From Escherichia phage JY01: a DNA stretch of 64,000 bases. Position 1 is the first letter of the stretch, and each line of letters begins with the position of its first letter. Under the pieces are notes generated by a model. It made no database searches and was not told the DNA's origin. It saw nothing but the letters and a program-made list of their open reading frames with translations. Position numbers and translations under genes: made by a program. The stretch lies in the sequence record OR995200.1; one strand, 5' to 3'. This document shows positions 20,607 through 30,412 of the stretch, one piece after another.

Positions 20607-21045
20607 TTTGGTCAGAAAAAGAAATTTGAGTTTCAAGCCATTCAATGTACTCTGCGGCAGCTTGCATCAGGTTACCTTCATAGCCATCGTTATTTTCTTG
20701 CGCAGCTAATTTAGCTAATGCGTATGAAATACGTTCACCTTGAAAAGCGGCTTTAGGATTCTGAACATCTTGGCTAGTTCTCTCTACAACTTCTTCAATT
20801 TCGCCATTTTCAACGGATTCAGTATTCCACAAACACCAGTATGTAATTGGCTTATCATAGATGTTAATAATCTTTCCGTCGGAAAGTTCAATTTCAATAA
20901 TTCCAGTATCAGGTTCTATATCATCTTCGCATTCTTTTGCAAGTTCACGAACTTTAAAGACAGTACCTGCACTAAGTTCCGGCCAGTAATTACATAGCCC
21001 TGTATCAACACGATTAATTCTAAACCACTTATCTACTGTAATCAT
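20560..21045 (-). CDS. pin: Pin-like protein (protease inhibitor position)
   Basis: 161 aa from MITVDKW; downstream of gene 49 as in T4. Confidence 0.5.
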   Translation of the reverse strand: MITVDKWFRINRVDTGLCNYWPELSAGTVFKVRELAKECEDDIEPDTGIIEIELSDGKIINIYDKPITYWCLWNTESVENGEIEEVVERTSQDVQNPKAAFQGERISYALAKLAAQENNDGYEGNLMQAAAEYIEWLETQISFSDQKIRQYKRLHQMFYNT

Positions 21046-21167
21046 GTCCCATCTCCATATCAATTAAGTCATTTATCGTTGGTTCATTATATACTGTTTC
21101 TTCATCAGTGTAAACCGGTTCTTCCGGCTCTGGCTCTACAGTTTCCCATCTAGCCGCCCACCAAGGT

Positions 21168-21338
21168 TTAACCCCGAAGCTTATTAAGTTCTTCATAATC
21201 AATCCAGGATTCTAATCCTGATGGCAGGTCACATTCAATTTCCCAAAGAAGTTCTTCAATTTTATGAAGACGATCTAATTCTTCAACAGGAATAGTAACC
21301 ATTGATGGAGCTCTTGCTGCACTAATATCGTATATCAT
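21168..21338 (-). CDS. Hypothetical small protein
   Basis: ORF trimmed to internal ATG. Confidence 0.3.
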   Translation of the reverse strand: MIYDISAARAPSMVTIPVEELDRLHKIEELLWEIECDLPSGLESWIDYEELNKLRG

Positions 21339-21340
21339 AT

Positions 21341-21556
21341 TTACCCCAGTTTGACCATGCAATCGCCGTATTTCCACTTAGAAATAGACTTTTCACCATT
21401 AGAATAATAAACTTCGAGTTTAGCACGATTATTTTTAATTTGAATAACCTTGGCTGTCATCAAAGTTCCATACCCATAATAAACTGCAACTTCATCACCT
21501 ACATATACCGCGCTTCCGCGGTAATCATGAATATAGTCAGTTCCTTCGAGCATCAT
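21341..21556 (-). CDS. Hypothetical protein
   Basis: 71 aa ORF. Confidence 0.45.
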   Translation of the reverse strand: MMLEGTDYIHDYRGSAVYVGDEVAVYYGYGTLMTAKVIQIKNNRAKLEVYYSNGEKSISKWKYGDCMVKLG

Positions 21557-21816
21557 TTAAAATATTCTCGCAGTTGGTCAAATCCACCAATATGACTTCC
21601 ATCAGGAGCAAATACCTGAGGCATTGTCAAGCCGATTTGAGTATCACGACCTAGTTTAGTCAGAAGCTCAGCGATTTTCTCATCATCAAAAACACCTTTT
21701 TCCGGCATAATGTTGATAAATTCAAACGGCTGTTTCTTCACAGTCAAAAGACGTTTTGCATTATCGCAATACACGCATTTATGAATGTTGCTATCATAAC
21801 CATATACTTTAAACAT
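21553..21816 (-). CDS. nrdC: Thioredoxin/glutaredoxin
   Basis: 87 aa; CVYC redox motif. Confidence 0.8.
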   Translation of the reverse strand: MFKVYGYDSNIHKCVYCDNAKRLLTVKKQPFEFINIMPEKGVFDDEKIAELLTKLGRDTQIGLTMPQVFAPDGSHIGGFDQLREYFK

Positions 21817-21817
21817 A

Positions 21818-22060
21818 TTATTCCTTAATTCCTAGTACTTGTTTAAAAGTCTCGTCGTAATCAAGACTTTGGCCCGTTTGTTCTTTATGTTTGTATATAA
21901 TATCACTTACTTCTGATAGCATATTTTTATATGAACGAGTTAAAGCAGATTTAAGCACGCTGTATCTATCAGGAAATTTACCGTGTTCATTATAATAAGC
22001 TATTGCTAATTCACGGACTGCCTTTTCAGCAGCCTCCATATATTCTTTACGCTTGGTCAT
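21818..22060 (-). CDS. Hypothetical protein
   Basis: 80 aa ORF. Confidence 0.45.
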   Translation of the reverse strand: MTKRKEYMEAAEKAVRELAIAYYNEHGKFPDRYSVLKSALTRSYKNMLSEVSDIIYKHKEQTGQSLDYDETFKQVLGIKE

Positions 22061-22062
22061 TT

Positions 22063-22452
22063 TTAATCCAAAATATTATTAGGCATTGGTTGAACACTCA
22101 CAAGTTCTTTAAAGAACTCAGTAGAGTCAGGCAATTTAACCATTTCCGGAGCATGCTTACTGAATTTATGTTTACATTGACGGCATTTATATTCAAGCTC
22201 TGGTTTACGCCAGTTAATCAACTGAACTTGTTCAGTACCGCATTCAGGGCAATTAGGAACGTTTTTAGAAGCTCTTTCACGTCGTTCAACCATAGCCATA
22301 ATAGCATCCCATGCTGGAGGTTTAAAATCTAAATCGTCGCAGCCGTGAATCTTTCCACGCATTTCCATATCATCTTCCTCACCAGCCATAATAATTTTAA
22401 TTAAACTGGAATTACTTGAAGCTGCAATGTCTTCTAATAAACGCTTTTTCAT
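22063..22452 (-). CDS. Zinc-ribbon protein
   Basis: CPECG..(17)..CRQCKHKF four-cysteine motif. Confidence 0.45.
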   Translation of the reverse strand: MKKRLLEDIAASSNSSLIKIIMAGEEDDMEMRGKIHGCDDLDFKPPAWDAIMAMVERRERASKNVPNCPECGTEQVQLINWRKPELEYKCRQCKHKFSKHAPEMVKLPDSTEFFKELVSVQPMPNNILD

Positions 22453-23378
22453 TTCAATACCTCAATAGCATTACGTAAACCATTTGCTTTTGCATTAAGA
22501 GCTTTTAACAATTTGGTGTGTTCTGCAATTTGGGCTTCAACTTCAATCAAACGGGCATTGAGATATTCACGTTCTTCACTCAGATTATCAACCTTTTCTA
22601 CTTTAGGCTCTTTTACAACTGTCTTATATGTATTAGGGTTCTTCAGTTTAATTAGAATGCGTGAACTGTATAACATTGAACCATTATCTTCGGTTTCGTC
22701 ATACATTTCCACTACGTCCATAATTTTTAACATCATGCGGAGTTTATAAGACAACGAACGAATAGTTTTGTTGTGCTTATTAATTTCTTTAGCTGTCATG
22801 GTGCCAAGATTACGTGAGTAATAATAAGGAACCTGGATATTAATTAATACTGATGAACCACCTGGCTTGTGTGTTACTTCATCAGCAATAACCCAGTCCT
22901 TAACATGAACTGTATTTGTACGGTCATCGCCCGCGGTAAATAGTTTGCGAGCATGCTTAAAAAGCATATTCACTTGGTCATTGAATTGACAAGCAAATTT
23001 ATCAGCAAATTTAGTTTCAGGAATGGTAGAAAACCAATCAGCCAAATGAGTCTTTTTAACATCATTAACAATAGTAAATTCAACCAAATCGGTTATAGAT
23101 GTCTCAGATTTAATGAAGCTTGGCTTCATAAAGTTTTTAATGTTCTCATGAGCTACAGTAGAAGATAACATACGAGAACGTTTAAACCATTCAAGCAAAT
23201 TTCCTAACGAATGAGAATAAGCATTCTGAGTATCTTTACAGATATGATTTTCCTGCCCAACATATTGAAGAAAATCACGAAGAATATTATTAACTACTGC
23301 TCTGTGCCCTATCTGATAATTACGATGTTTAGTAATAAGACTGTCAAAATAATCAATATAATGTTTACGAGTTTTCAT
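22449..23378 (-). CDS. Paralog family member A with C-terminal coiled coil
   Basis: 309 aa; N-terminus MKTRKHYIDYF, C-terminal heptad-rich 40 aa. Confidence 0.5.
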   Translation of the reverse strand: MKTRKHYIDYFDSLITKHRNYQIGHRAVVNNILRDFLQYVGQENHICKDTQNAYSHSLGNLLEWFKRSRMLSSTVAHENIKNFMKPSFIKSETSITDLVEFTIVNDVKKTHLADWFSTIPETKFADKFACQFNDQVNMLFKHARKLFTAGDDRTNTVHVKDWVIADEVTHKPGGSSVLINIQVPYYYSRNLGTMTAKEINKHNKTIRSLSYKLRMMLKIMDVVEMYDETEDNGSMLYSSRILIKLKNPNTYKTVVKEPKVEKVDNLSEEREYLNARLIEVEAQIAEHTKLLKALNAKANGLRNAIEVLK

Positions 23379-23430
23379 ATTCTTCTCACTTGGTTAATGA
23401 TTTATGCTCCAAGCCATCCTTGGCTTTAAA

Positions 23431-24432
23431 TTACTTAATTAACTGTAAAGCTTGTTCAAGACGATCTAGGCGATTAACAGATTCTTCCCAAATCCTTTTA
23501 GCCTGTTCATATTCTTTTTGCGCTTTATTAGAAATTTCTAGAACTTCTTTATAAGCTTTTTCCAGTGCAATAACTTCTGGACGAATTTCTACCGGTTCAG
23601 GTGAATCGTCAAGATTATCCATTAGTTCCTCAAGGGTAGTTTCTTCTTTAGGAGTATTCACAATTTCCTCACATTTTTGTTGGTAAATTTCTTTATCAGT
23701 CGGTGAGTACGCACACTTTACTTCACGAAGGCTAATTATAATTTTATATCCTTCCCAACCGCATATATTCTTAAAAGGATAAGTATGAATATTTTCTACT
23801 GTTTCCATACAAAGTAATGCGGTCTCTAATTGACGAGTTATAGTGCTAGCAATTGAGAAAAATTTATTAATGTTCTTTTGGTTAGTTTCTGGTGTAAAAA
23901 ATCCATAATTCACAAAAATAGCTACTTTATTTTTATCAAGCTCATATTCTTTTACGATAATCATATCAGAAGCTAAAGGATGAATTTGACGATAATCACC
24001 ATAACATAATTTAGAAGCTGATTTTAAAATTTGTCCTTTAAAAAGTCTGAAATTACTAATCCAACGACGAGTAAAAATATTCTCAGGGTCTTCTTTATTA
24101 TTAAGATGATAAGAATTAACATCACCGAACCAATTATATCCTACTACATCTTTGGTTCGTTTAATTTCTTTCCCAAAATTACCAAGAATATCCCGATTAA
24201 CCAAATATGAAAGAAGACGAGACTCTTTAAAGGTTTTCTTGATAACATCTTTATCTACACGGCTAGAAATTTTACGAATTTCATGAATAAATTTAGTAGA
24301 AGAAACAATACTTGCATCAACACTATTGAGCCATTGATTGATAATAGAAAGAACGATATTTTGACCAAACATCGGTATAGCTTTATCATCAATAACGCTA
24401 TTGAATGATTTGATATATTCGTTACGAGTCAT
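23431..24432 (-). CDS. Paralog family member B with C-terminal coiled coil
   Basis: Start set at MTRNEYIKSF; C-terminal coiled coil. Confidence 0.5.
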   Translation of the reverse strand: MTRNEYIKSFNSVIDDKAIPMFGQNIVLSIINQWLNSVDASIVSSTKFIHEIRKISSRVDKDVIKKTFKESRLLSYLVNRDILGNFGKEIKRTKDVVGYNWFGDVNSYHLNNKEDPENIFTRRWISNFRLFKGQILKSASKLCYGDYRQIHPLASDMIIVKEYELDKNKVAIFVNYGFFTPETNQKNINKFFSIASTITRQLETALLCMETVENIHTYPFKNICGWEGYKIIISLREVKCAYSPTDKEIYQQKCEEIVNTPKEETTLEELMDNLDDSPEPVEIRPEVIALEKAYKEVLEISNKAQKEYEQAKRIWEESVNRLDRLEQALQLIK

Positions 24433-24489
24433 AATAATCTCCTCAGTAGAAAGTAAGAACATTATACCACATCCTTGTGGCGAAGTAAA

Positions 24490-25494
24490 CTAGTTCAGTG
24501 CATTTAGTGCGTTGTTCAGTTTAGAACGTTGCTTTGTCAGATTTTGAACTCTTGACTGCGCTTGTTCTAGCACCTTTTCAGCTTCTAGCATTTCATTGGT
24601 TGCTTTAACGAGTTCATCATCTACTGCTTTAAGAGACTTCTCAATCGCATCGGCGTGCCATTTTTCTACAGGTTTAAAATTTGAATTTTCAGTAGGAAGA
24701 AAACTCACTTTATTAAGTTTCCATGCATCTGTACTACTTGAACTGTACATCCAACATTTAGGATCGTTGGATGAGCAATTAGTTTGAGGTTCAGGTTTTT
24801 TCTCTTGCGTAACTTCGTCCTTTCTCAAAAAATCGTATTTAAATGAAACGATCATATCAAGTTCATATGTTGTCGTATCTAACTTAAATCGTTCAAAACG
24901 AGGTAAAATCTTAGATTGAACAGCAGAAACAACATCCATATACTTAAATGCTTCTGTCAACTGTGATTTAAGGCATTCACAAATTGAAAGAGAATTTTTT
25001 GTATTAGGTTTAAAGCTAATTCGTGCAGTTCTGTTATTTTCTTTTAATGGTCTTACTTCCATCTGAAGAGTATAACCATCAAATTTCAGATTCTTTAAGT
25101 TAATGTCAGAGCCTTTTAATCGACTAGCTGTGGACAAAATTTGCTTTAATTGTCTACGGAACAGAGCAATAAATCTCCATTCAATACGATAATGATTTGG
25201 ATTGAAAAATCCAGATGATAAATCGACCTTACTTTGACCAACGCCTTGAACAAATAGAGGATTTTTATAATCAATAGTTTTACAGAAATCGGTGAGCTGT
25301 TCACGAGCAGTCATTTGTGTAATATACCCCGCTTTACTAAAATGACGTAACCATTCACTGCTATTCATATATTTAAAGTGAATATCACGATTAACTTTAT
25401 CAGGGTCTAAATTATTTTGGCACAAAAATGTCATAACATCACGAGTATAGCTGGCATTACGAACCATATCTTCAATTTGAGAACGAGTTTTCAT
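24490..25494 (-). CDS. Paralog family member C with C-terminal coiled coil
   Basis: 334 aa; N-terminus MKTRSQIEDM; C-terminal coiled coil. Confidence 0.5.
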   Translation of the reverse strand: MKTRSQIEDMVRNASYTRDVMTFLCQNNLDPDKVNRDIHFKYMNSSEWLRHFSKAGYITQMTAREQLTDFCKTIDYKNPLFVQGVGQSKVDLSSGFFNPNHYRIEWRFIALFRRQLKQILSTASRLKGSDINLKNLKFDGYTLQMEVRPLKENNRTARISFKPNTKNSLSICECLKSQLTEAFKYMDVVSAVQSKILPRFERFKLDTTTYELDMIVSFKYDFLRKDEVTQEKKPEPQTNCSSNDPKCWMYSSSSTDAWKLNKVSFLPTENSNFKPVEKWHADAIEKSLKAVDDELVKATNEMLEAEKVLEQAQSRVQNLTKQRSKLNNALNALN

Positions 25495-25502
25495 GGTGTT
25501 CC

Positions 25503-26390
25503 TTAAGATTTAAGTAAATCAACAATTTTAATTAATTTTTCACGCTCAGATTTAGCTTTACTACTCAATCCAGATAGTCTAAAAATTTCATCATCATATT
25601 GTTGAATAGAAATATTCAGCTCTTCAATCTGCTTATTAAAATAATCAATTTGTTCAGAATGTTTTTCGTTACTACGAACTGGTACAGGTTTTGTAGGCAA
25701 TTTAGTTGAACTGGATTCATCCGGGCGATAAATTAAAATACAACTTGAACCAATTGGACATTTTGCACCAGATGAATATTCTAATGTTCCAGATTCTTTT
25801 AAAACTTCAAAAGCTAAACAGAGATGATGACCCATATTGACATAATCAGTAGAGCGAGCTCTGATGTAATAATCATCTCCACGAGTACTAAATTTAAAGC
25901 ATTTAAGGTCTTCTGTATTATTGGTCTTAAAAATCATTTGTTTATCTAGACCTTTAGCTAATCGAGCGCCTAATGCTAATAATCGTCGTTGATTTTCCCA
26001 CAAATCTGCAATCATTTGGTCAAATGATAATTTTGGCATTAGTCGACCATAAAGGTCATATCCTTTATTATAATTACGAAGAATTTCACTCGCATTAATA
26101 CGAGACAATGCTCCAATTTTATTAAGGGCTTTCATGATGCGATTAGATAAACTCATTCCAGATCCGTTTGTTCGCTGTAAATGTTTTTCTAATCCAAATC
26201 CAATATCAACTTTAAATTTATCTAAAATTTCAGCATGAACATCTCTGTCAATAACATTCAAATCCAAAGTTGGGTTAAATCTATGAAAAAATTTATCTGG
26301 CTCTCCACGACGAAGTACAGTCCATTCATTCAATTTTTTATTAACTAAAGATTTAATTACTGTATTGACATTATTAATTACTACTGACAT
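25503..26390 (-). CDS. Paralog family member D with C-terminal coiled coil
   Basis: Start set at internal ATG; C-terminal coiled coil. Confidence 0.45.
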   Translation of the reverse strand: MSVVINNVNTVIKSLVNKKLNEWTVLRRGEPDKFFHRFNPTLDLNVIDRDVHAEILDKFKVDIGFGLEKHLQRTNGSGMSLSNRIMKALNKIGALSRINASEILRNYNKGYDLYGRLMPKLSFDQMIADLWENQRRLLALGARLAKGLDKQMIFKTNNTEDLKCFKFSTRGDDYYIRARSTDYVNMGHHLCLAFEVLKESGTLEYSSGAKCPIGSSCILIYRPDESSSTKLPTKPVPVRSNEKHSEQIDYFNKQIEELNISIQQYDDEIFRLSGLSSKAKSEREKLIKIVDLLKS

Positions 26391-26397
26391 ATTTTCC

Positions 26398-26805
26398 TCA
26401 CTCAATTTCAATTTTACTAAATACACAGAATATGATGGAAAAGACTATATAAGCACCGCATACAGATTGAACTAATACCATTCCAAAGAACCAAACGATA
26501 TTATCAAACAATGTCTGTTTTACGTCGAAAGGACGTAAACTTACAGTAATATTATCACCTTTTTCTATTGAAGAATACATCTCTGGGGAAATATATTCAC
26601 TAAATCTATAACCGTCTTTGAGTTCATATACGGCAATAAACGATAAACTAGACCCCTTTCCTTGAGTTCCTGTAATGGTATTAACTACAGTAACATCATA
26701 ATCTTTATAATGCATATAATCATTAATAGCATAATAACCATATGCAATTACTATACATAAACAACATATCAATAAATTCAATCTTTTAATTATCAACTGT
26801 TTCAT
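26398..26805 (-). CDS. Membrane protein
   Basis: 135 aa, N- and C-terminal hydrophobic helices. Confidence 0.45.
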   Translation of the reverse strand: MKQLIIKRLNLLICCLCIVIAYGYYAINDYMHYKDYDVTVVNTITGTQGKGSSLSFIAVYELKDGYRFSEYISPEMYSSIEKGDNITVSLRPFDVKQTLFDNIVWFFGMVLVQSVCGAYIVFSIIFCVFSKIEIE

Positions 26806-26860
26806 AATAATCTCAATTAAAAGGGCTTAGAACCATTATACCATCCTTGGTATAAAGCGG

Positions 26861-27388
26861 TTATGCGAGTACCGTCTTTAACCGTTCTTCAAATTTCCGA
26901 AGAGTGTTCTGGCGTTCAGCTCTTTGCTTTTTGTAAGTTTCAATACGCTCTGAAATGAGAGTGTATCGTTCATTTACTGATTCTTTCATAAAATCAGGAA
27001 TTTCACGAGAAGCTTTAATCTCATCAAATTTATCAATAACAGCTTGCTCTTCAGCAATTAAGTTATCATACATTAAAATATCTTTCTTGATGAACTCAAT
27101 ATCTTCTTGAGTTACACGAGATAATTTAGATGCTTTATCCTTTTTGTACTGTTCGTTAGTATCACGAGACCAGTGTAATGTACGATTTTTATTCGTATTT
27201 TTGTAAATTTCTACAATACCAATTTCATCAATAATAACGATCCAATTCCAACGGGATTTGTAAATTTGTCCTCCATCAACAGTGATTTCACCTCCGATTG
27301 AGATGTCGTTAAAGAACTTGCTTTGTGCTTCAGATTTAAATTTACCATCGTTGTAATTTACCAAGTTGAAAATATCTTTAGCGTTCAT
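26861..27388 (-). CDS. Hypothetical protein
   Basis: Start ATG 27386-27388 with GGAGG 8 nt upstream, downstream of promoter cassette. Confidence 0.5.
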   Translation of the reverse strand: MNAKDIFNLVNYNDGKFKSEAQSKFFNDISIGGEITVDGGQIYKSRWNWIVIIDEIGIVEIYKNTNKNRTLHWSRDTNEQYKKDKASKLSRVTQEDIEFIKKDILMYDNLIAEEQAVIDKFDEIKASREIPDFMKESVNERYTLISERIETYKKQRAERQNTLRKFEERLKTVLA

Positions 27389-27468
27389 TTTCTGTTCCTC
27401 CGTAGTTGATAGTTGTATAGTACCACAGAGGAACAGTCTTGTAAACAACTAAAAGAAACTTCTTTCAC
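27389..27468 (-). promoter_or_regulatory. Early promoter cassette copy 3
   Basis: -35 TTTACA (27440-27445), -10 TACTAT (27417-27422), GGAGG leader. Confidence 0.6.
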
Positions 27469-27763
27469 AATTTTTTCCACTGAACCAAGCGCTCACTGCT
27501 TTCTTAGTCTCAGGAGCAGTGTTATCCATAAACCATTCAAAGGCAGCCTTTTTATGATTCTGGAGGGCTTCTCGGGCTTTAATCTGCTCACGGTCTATTA
27601 ACACTAACATATGAGCCTTTCTTGTCACCAAGGGCTTCTTATGATTCTTGGAGTATTCCCAGTCATTTGTCCAACGCATTGTCGTTGCGAACTGAAATAC
27701 TGCTTCTTTAATTTTAGTTTCGTAAATTTCACGAGCCTTTGAGTATAACATCATTACCTCCAT
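27449..27763 (-). CDS. Hypothetical protein
   Basis: 104 aa ORF. Confidence 0.45.
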   Translation of the reverse strand: MEVMMLYSKAREIYETKIKEAVFQFATTMRWTNDWEYSKNHKKPLVTRKAHMLVLIDREQIKAREALQNHKKAAFEWFMDNTAPETKKAVSAWFSGKNCERSFF

Positions 27764-27852
27764 TTACCAGTTTAATTCTAGTCATCTTTTTGATGGCAGT
27801 CCATATAATCTATTTCTGAACTGCCTTTTTGTCATAGAAGGCCTCTTATGAA

Positions 27853-28821
27853 TTATTTCAGAAGAGTAACCTCAGCAATTTCTTCCCAACCGTTTTTGTC
27901 GGTCATAATAAAGTCAGCAAGATAAAGAGCAGTACGCAGTGAAACATTGCGTAAACGATTAACATTGACTTTCATCCATGATAATGCTTTATAAGTTTCT
28001 TCATCAGAAAGACCGCGCTTTTGCATCATGTCAGTTGAAAGAATAACATCTTCAACCCTGACCATAATTTCTTCATTAGTGTGAACACCCAAATCCAAAT
28101 AAACTGAGCGGGACACTAATGCTTGTAAATGTGGAGCAAGTTTAGTACCACGGTCTAATTCGCGGTCAATGTCAACGTTTGTGATAAAAACAATCGTTCC
28201 TTTAAATTCAAACTCACGCTCAATGCCTTTTTCTTCTAAGTAAGAAGATGCAGTGCTCCAGCAGACTTTACGGGTCTCTCCAGTGTCCAGAGCGGCTTTT
28301 AGAAGATTAAGAATATCCATATCAGAGAAAACATCCACATCATCAATCAAAAGGACAGAATTCTCTTCACGATTATTCCAAAGCTGCTCATAAAGACCGA
28401 TACCGGAGATTTTACCGTTAATGCTTTTATATTCAATGTATCCAATATCATTTGCTTTATTTAAAGCTTTATCTAAAGAATACGTTTTACCAATACCTGC
28501 TGCACCAGAGATAATTAATGAACGAATGTTTCCGTTAATAATACCATTCGTCATCATTCCCATAACATTAAATCTTTTATTAATGCGGGTTTTCATATCT
28601 TCATACGATTCTTTAACTTCTTCAACTTTTACACCATCATATGAAATGTCTGATTTGTAAACCCAAACACCGCGACGTTTACCGTCAATTTCAACAAAAA
28701 CTTTACCATCTCCTTGTGCATCTACCGGAGCATTATCTGGGAACCATTCGCCTAAGAGCTCAAAAGTTCCAGAGATTTCTTTACCGAAGTAGATACCCTT
28801 ATTGATAGTTACAGTTTTCAT
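27853..28821 (-). CDS. P-loop ATPase (AAA-like)
   Basis: Walker A SGAAGIGKT, Walker B VLLIDDVD; start ATG 28819-28821 with GGAG. Confidence 0.6.
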   Translation of the reverse strand: MKTVTINKGIYFGKEISGTFELLGEWFPDNAPVDAQGDGKVFVEIDGKRRGVWVYKSDISYDGVKVEEVKESYEDMKTRINKRFNVMGMMTNGIINGNIRSLIISGAAGIGKTYSLDKALNKANDIGYIEYKSINGKISGIGLYEQLWNNREENSVLLIDDVDVFSDMDILNLLKAALDTGETRKVCWSTASSYLEEKGIEREFEFKGTIVFITNVDIDRELDRGTKLAPHLQALVSRSVYLDLGVHTNEEIMVRVEDVILSTDMMQKRGLSDEETYKALSWMKVNVNRLRNVSLRTALYLADFIMTDKNGWEEIAEVTLLK

Positions 28822-28910
28822 TTTATTCTCCAAATCTGTATCAGTAGTTGATAGTTGTATAGTACCATAAAGCTTTATGATTGTAAACCGTTTTGTGAAA
28901 AATTTTTGAA
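28822..28910 (-). promoter_or_regulatory. Early promoter cassette copy 4
   Basis: -35 TTTACA (28882-28887), -10 TACTAT (28859-28864); leader identical to copy 1. Confidence 0.6.
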
Positions 28911-28926
28911 ATAAAAAAGGGAGCCC
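28903..28926 (-). terminator. Terminator-like UUCG hairpin after nucleotidyltransferase gene
   Basis: RNA-sense GGGAGCC-UUCG-GGCUCCC followed by U-run. Confidence 0.55.
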
Positions 28927-28938
28927 GAAGGCTCCCTA

Positions 28939-29952
28939 TCATTTATAATAACTTCGGTGGTTTTCAAGATAGACCTTCTCAAGGAAGTCATCCCAGAAAC
29001 TCATGTCTACTGTTTTAGGCATACCGTTCTTAGAAGCTTCAGTAGATGCTGCTTCTACTTGATCGACCACATCTTCTAAAAACTCTTGAACCGTTTTAAA
29101 TGGATGCTTACCCAACTTCACGTCGAGAATAAATGGAGCGTCTTGAAGTGGATAAATCAAGTCGCCAGTTTTGTAAATTTCCAATAGTTGAAGTCCACCA
29201 CGACAGGCATGACTCAGAGCTTTCCAGTCAATGCCTTCATTGGCTTCGGCCTTACGAGCACGTTCACCATATTCAGCATCTAATTTGTTCAGTGACTGCT
29301 TAAGCTCAATAAGAGAAAGCGTTGTCTGATATTTACGACCCAATACAGTGTAGAACGTTTGTGGACCTGTTTTCTCATGATTATGGAATACCCATTCACA
29401 GAACTCGTTTTCTGGAAGACGATGCTTAATATCTTCAATTTTAGTGCGACGTTGTCCTTGTGTTCCATCTTCTCGGTAGACATTCCGTTGATCAGGAATT
29501 TGATTAACTACTTTCAATACATCACGTAATGCAGCCAAACGAGAACCCTTGACACCGTATTTAGAAGCTTGCTTGCGGACATATCCTAAATAGGATTTCA
29601 TGTTAGTCGTATAAAAACGAGAACGGTTGTCTTGAATAAACTTCCACACATCAGGCAAATCGGATTTAACCACTAGTTCAGGTGGAGTGTGAAGCATATC
29701 CAATGCTACAGTTTCACCATCTGCTGCTAATTTAAAGAAATATTTAAGACTGTATAGTTCATGGTCAATATCATCTTTAGTGTTTTTAGATGATGTGTTG
29801 TTAGTGTTTTTACTCATATGCTCTTTAACATTTCCGATAAGAATATCGCGAGCACGAGGAACAAAGATTTCTTTAAAATCTACATCAGATTCTGGAGTAG
29901 AAGTTCCATAAAGATGACTACCAAAATAGCTTTTCATTACTGTTTTCATCAT
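28939..29952 (-). CDS. Pol-beta-superfamily nucleotidyltransferase
   Basis: N-terminal GSHLYGTSTPESDVD (GS-x10-DxD) motif. Confidence 0.55.
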   Translation of the reverse strand: MMKTVMKSYFGSHLYGTSTPESDVDFKEIFVPRARDILIGNVKEHMSKNTNNTSSKNTKDDIDHELYSLKYFFKLAADGETVALDMLHTPPELVVKSDLPDVWKFIQDNRSRFYTTNMKSYLGYVRKQASKYGVKGSRLAALRDVLKVVNQIPDQRNVYREDGTQGQRRTKIEDIKHRLPENEFCEWVFHNHEKTGPQTFYTVLGRKYQTTLSLIELKQSLNKLDAEYGERARKAEANEGIDWKALSHACRGGLQLLEIYKTGDLIYPLQDAPFILDVKLGKHPFKTVQEFLEDVVDQVEAASTEASKNGMPKTVDMSFWDDFLEKVYLENHRSYYK

Positions 29953-30410
29953 TCAGCCTTATATTCAATAACAGGACATACTTTAGCTTTACGGGCTTTT
30001 AAAAATTCGACGATAATAGATTTCTTGGGTTGAATAGGAGGTAAACCTTTATACGCCCTATCAATATTTTCTACATGTAAAGCATAATCCTTTTTCCATT
30101 TATAATCTTTATATTTTTCATGCAGTTGTGCAGGAATAACAAATGAACCAATAATAAGTAAAACAAGCAAAATGGCAAGTATAAATGCTGATGGAATAAG
30201 AGTCCATAAACTACCAAAAATAAGCCATTTCTGCATGATTTCTGCACAGATAATAGTTAGACCTGCGAGTATAGTACATCCGAAAAAAGAAACGAAAAAT
30301 GTAGGAATAACAACAGACCAAAAATACGCGCATAGTGTCTTAGGTCGTTGCCATTCATCGTTAAACAATTTGAATAATTTATAGTGCCAAGAGTTTTCAT
30401 TAATAATCAT
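29949..30410 (-). CDS. Multi-pass membrane protein
   Basis: 153 aa, three or more hydrophobic helices; stop overlaps downstream start (ATGATGA). Confidence 0.45.
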   Translation of the reverse strand: MIINENSWHYKLFKLFNDEWQRPKTLCAYFWSVVIPTFFVSFFGCTILAGLTIICAEIMQKWLIFGSLWTLIPSAFILAILLVLLIIGSFVIPAQLHEKYKDYKWKKDYALHVENIDRAYKGLPPIQPKKSIIVEFLKARKAKVCPVIEYKAE

Positions 30411-30412
30411 AA

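Noticed and set aside
26861-27448. Upstream ATG extensions of promoter-adjacent ORFs (26861-27448, 27853-28833, 44232-44507, 1908-2156, 32657-32890, 48267-48512)
   Set aside because: The extended N-termini translate through the promoter cassette; the first ATG overlaps the GGAG Shine-Dalgarno and the conserved downstream ATG is the likely start.
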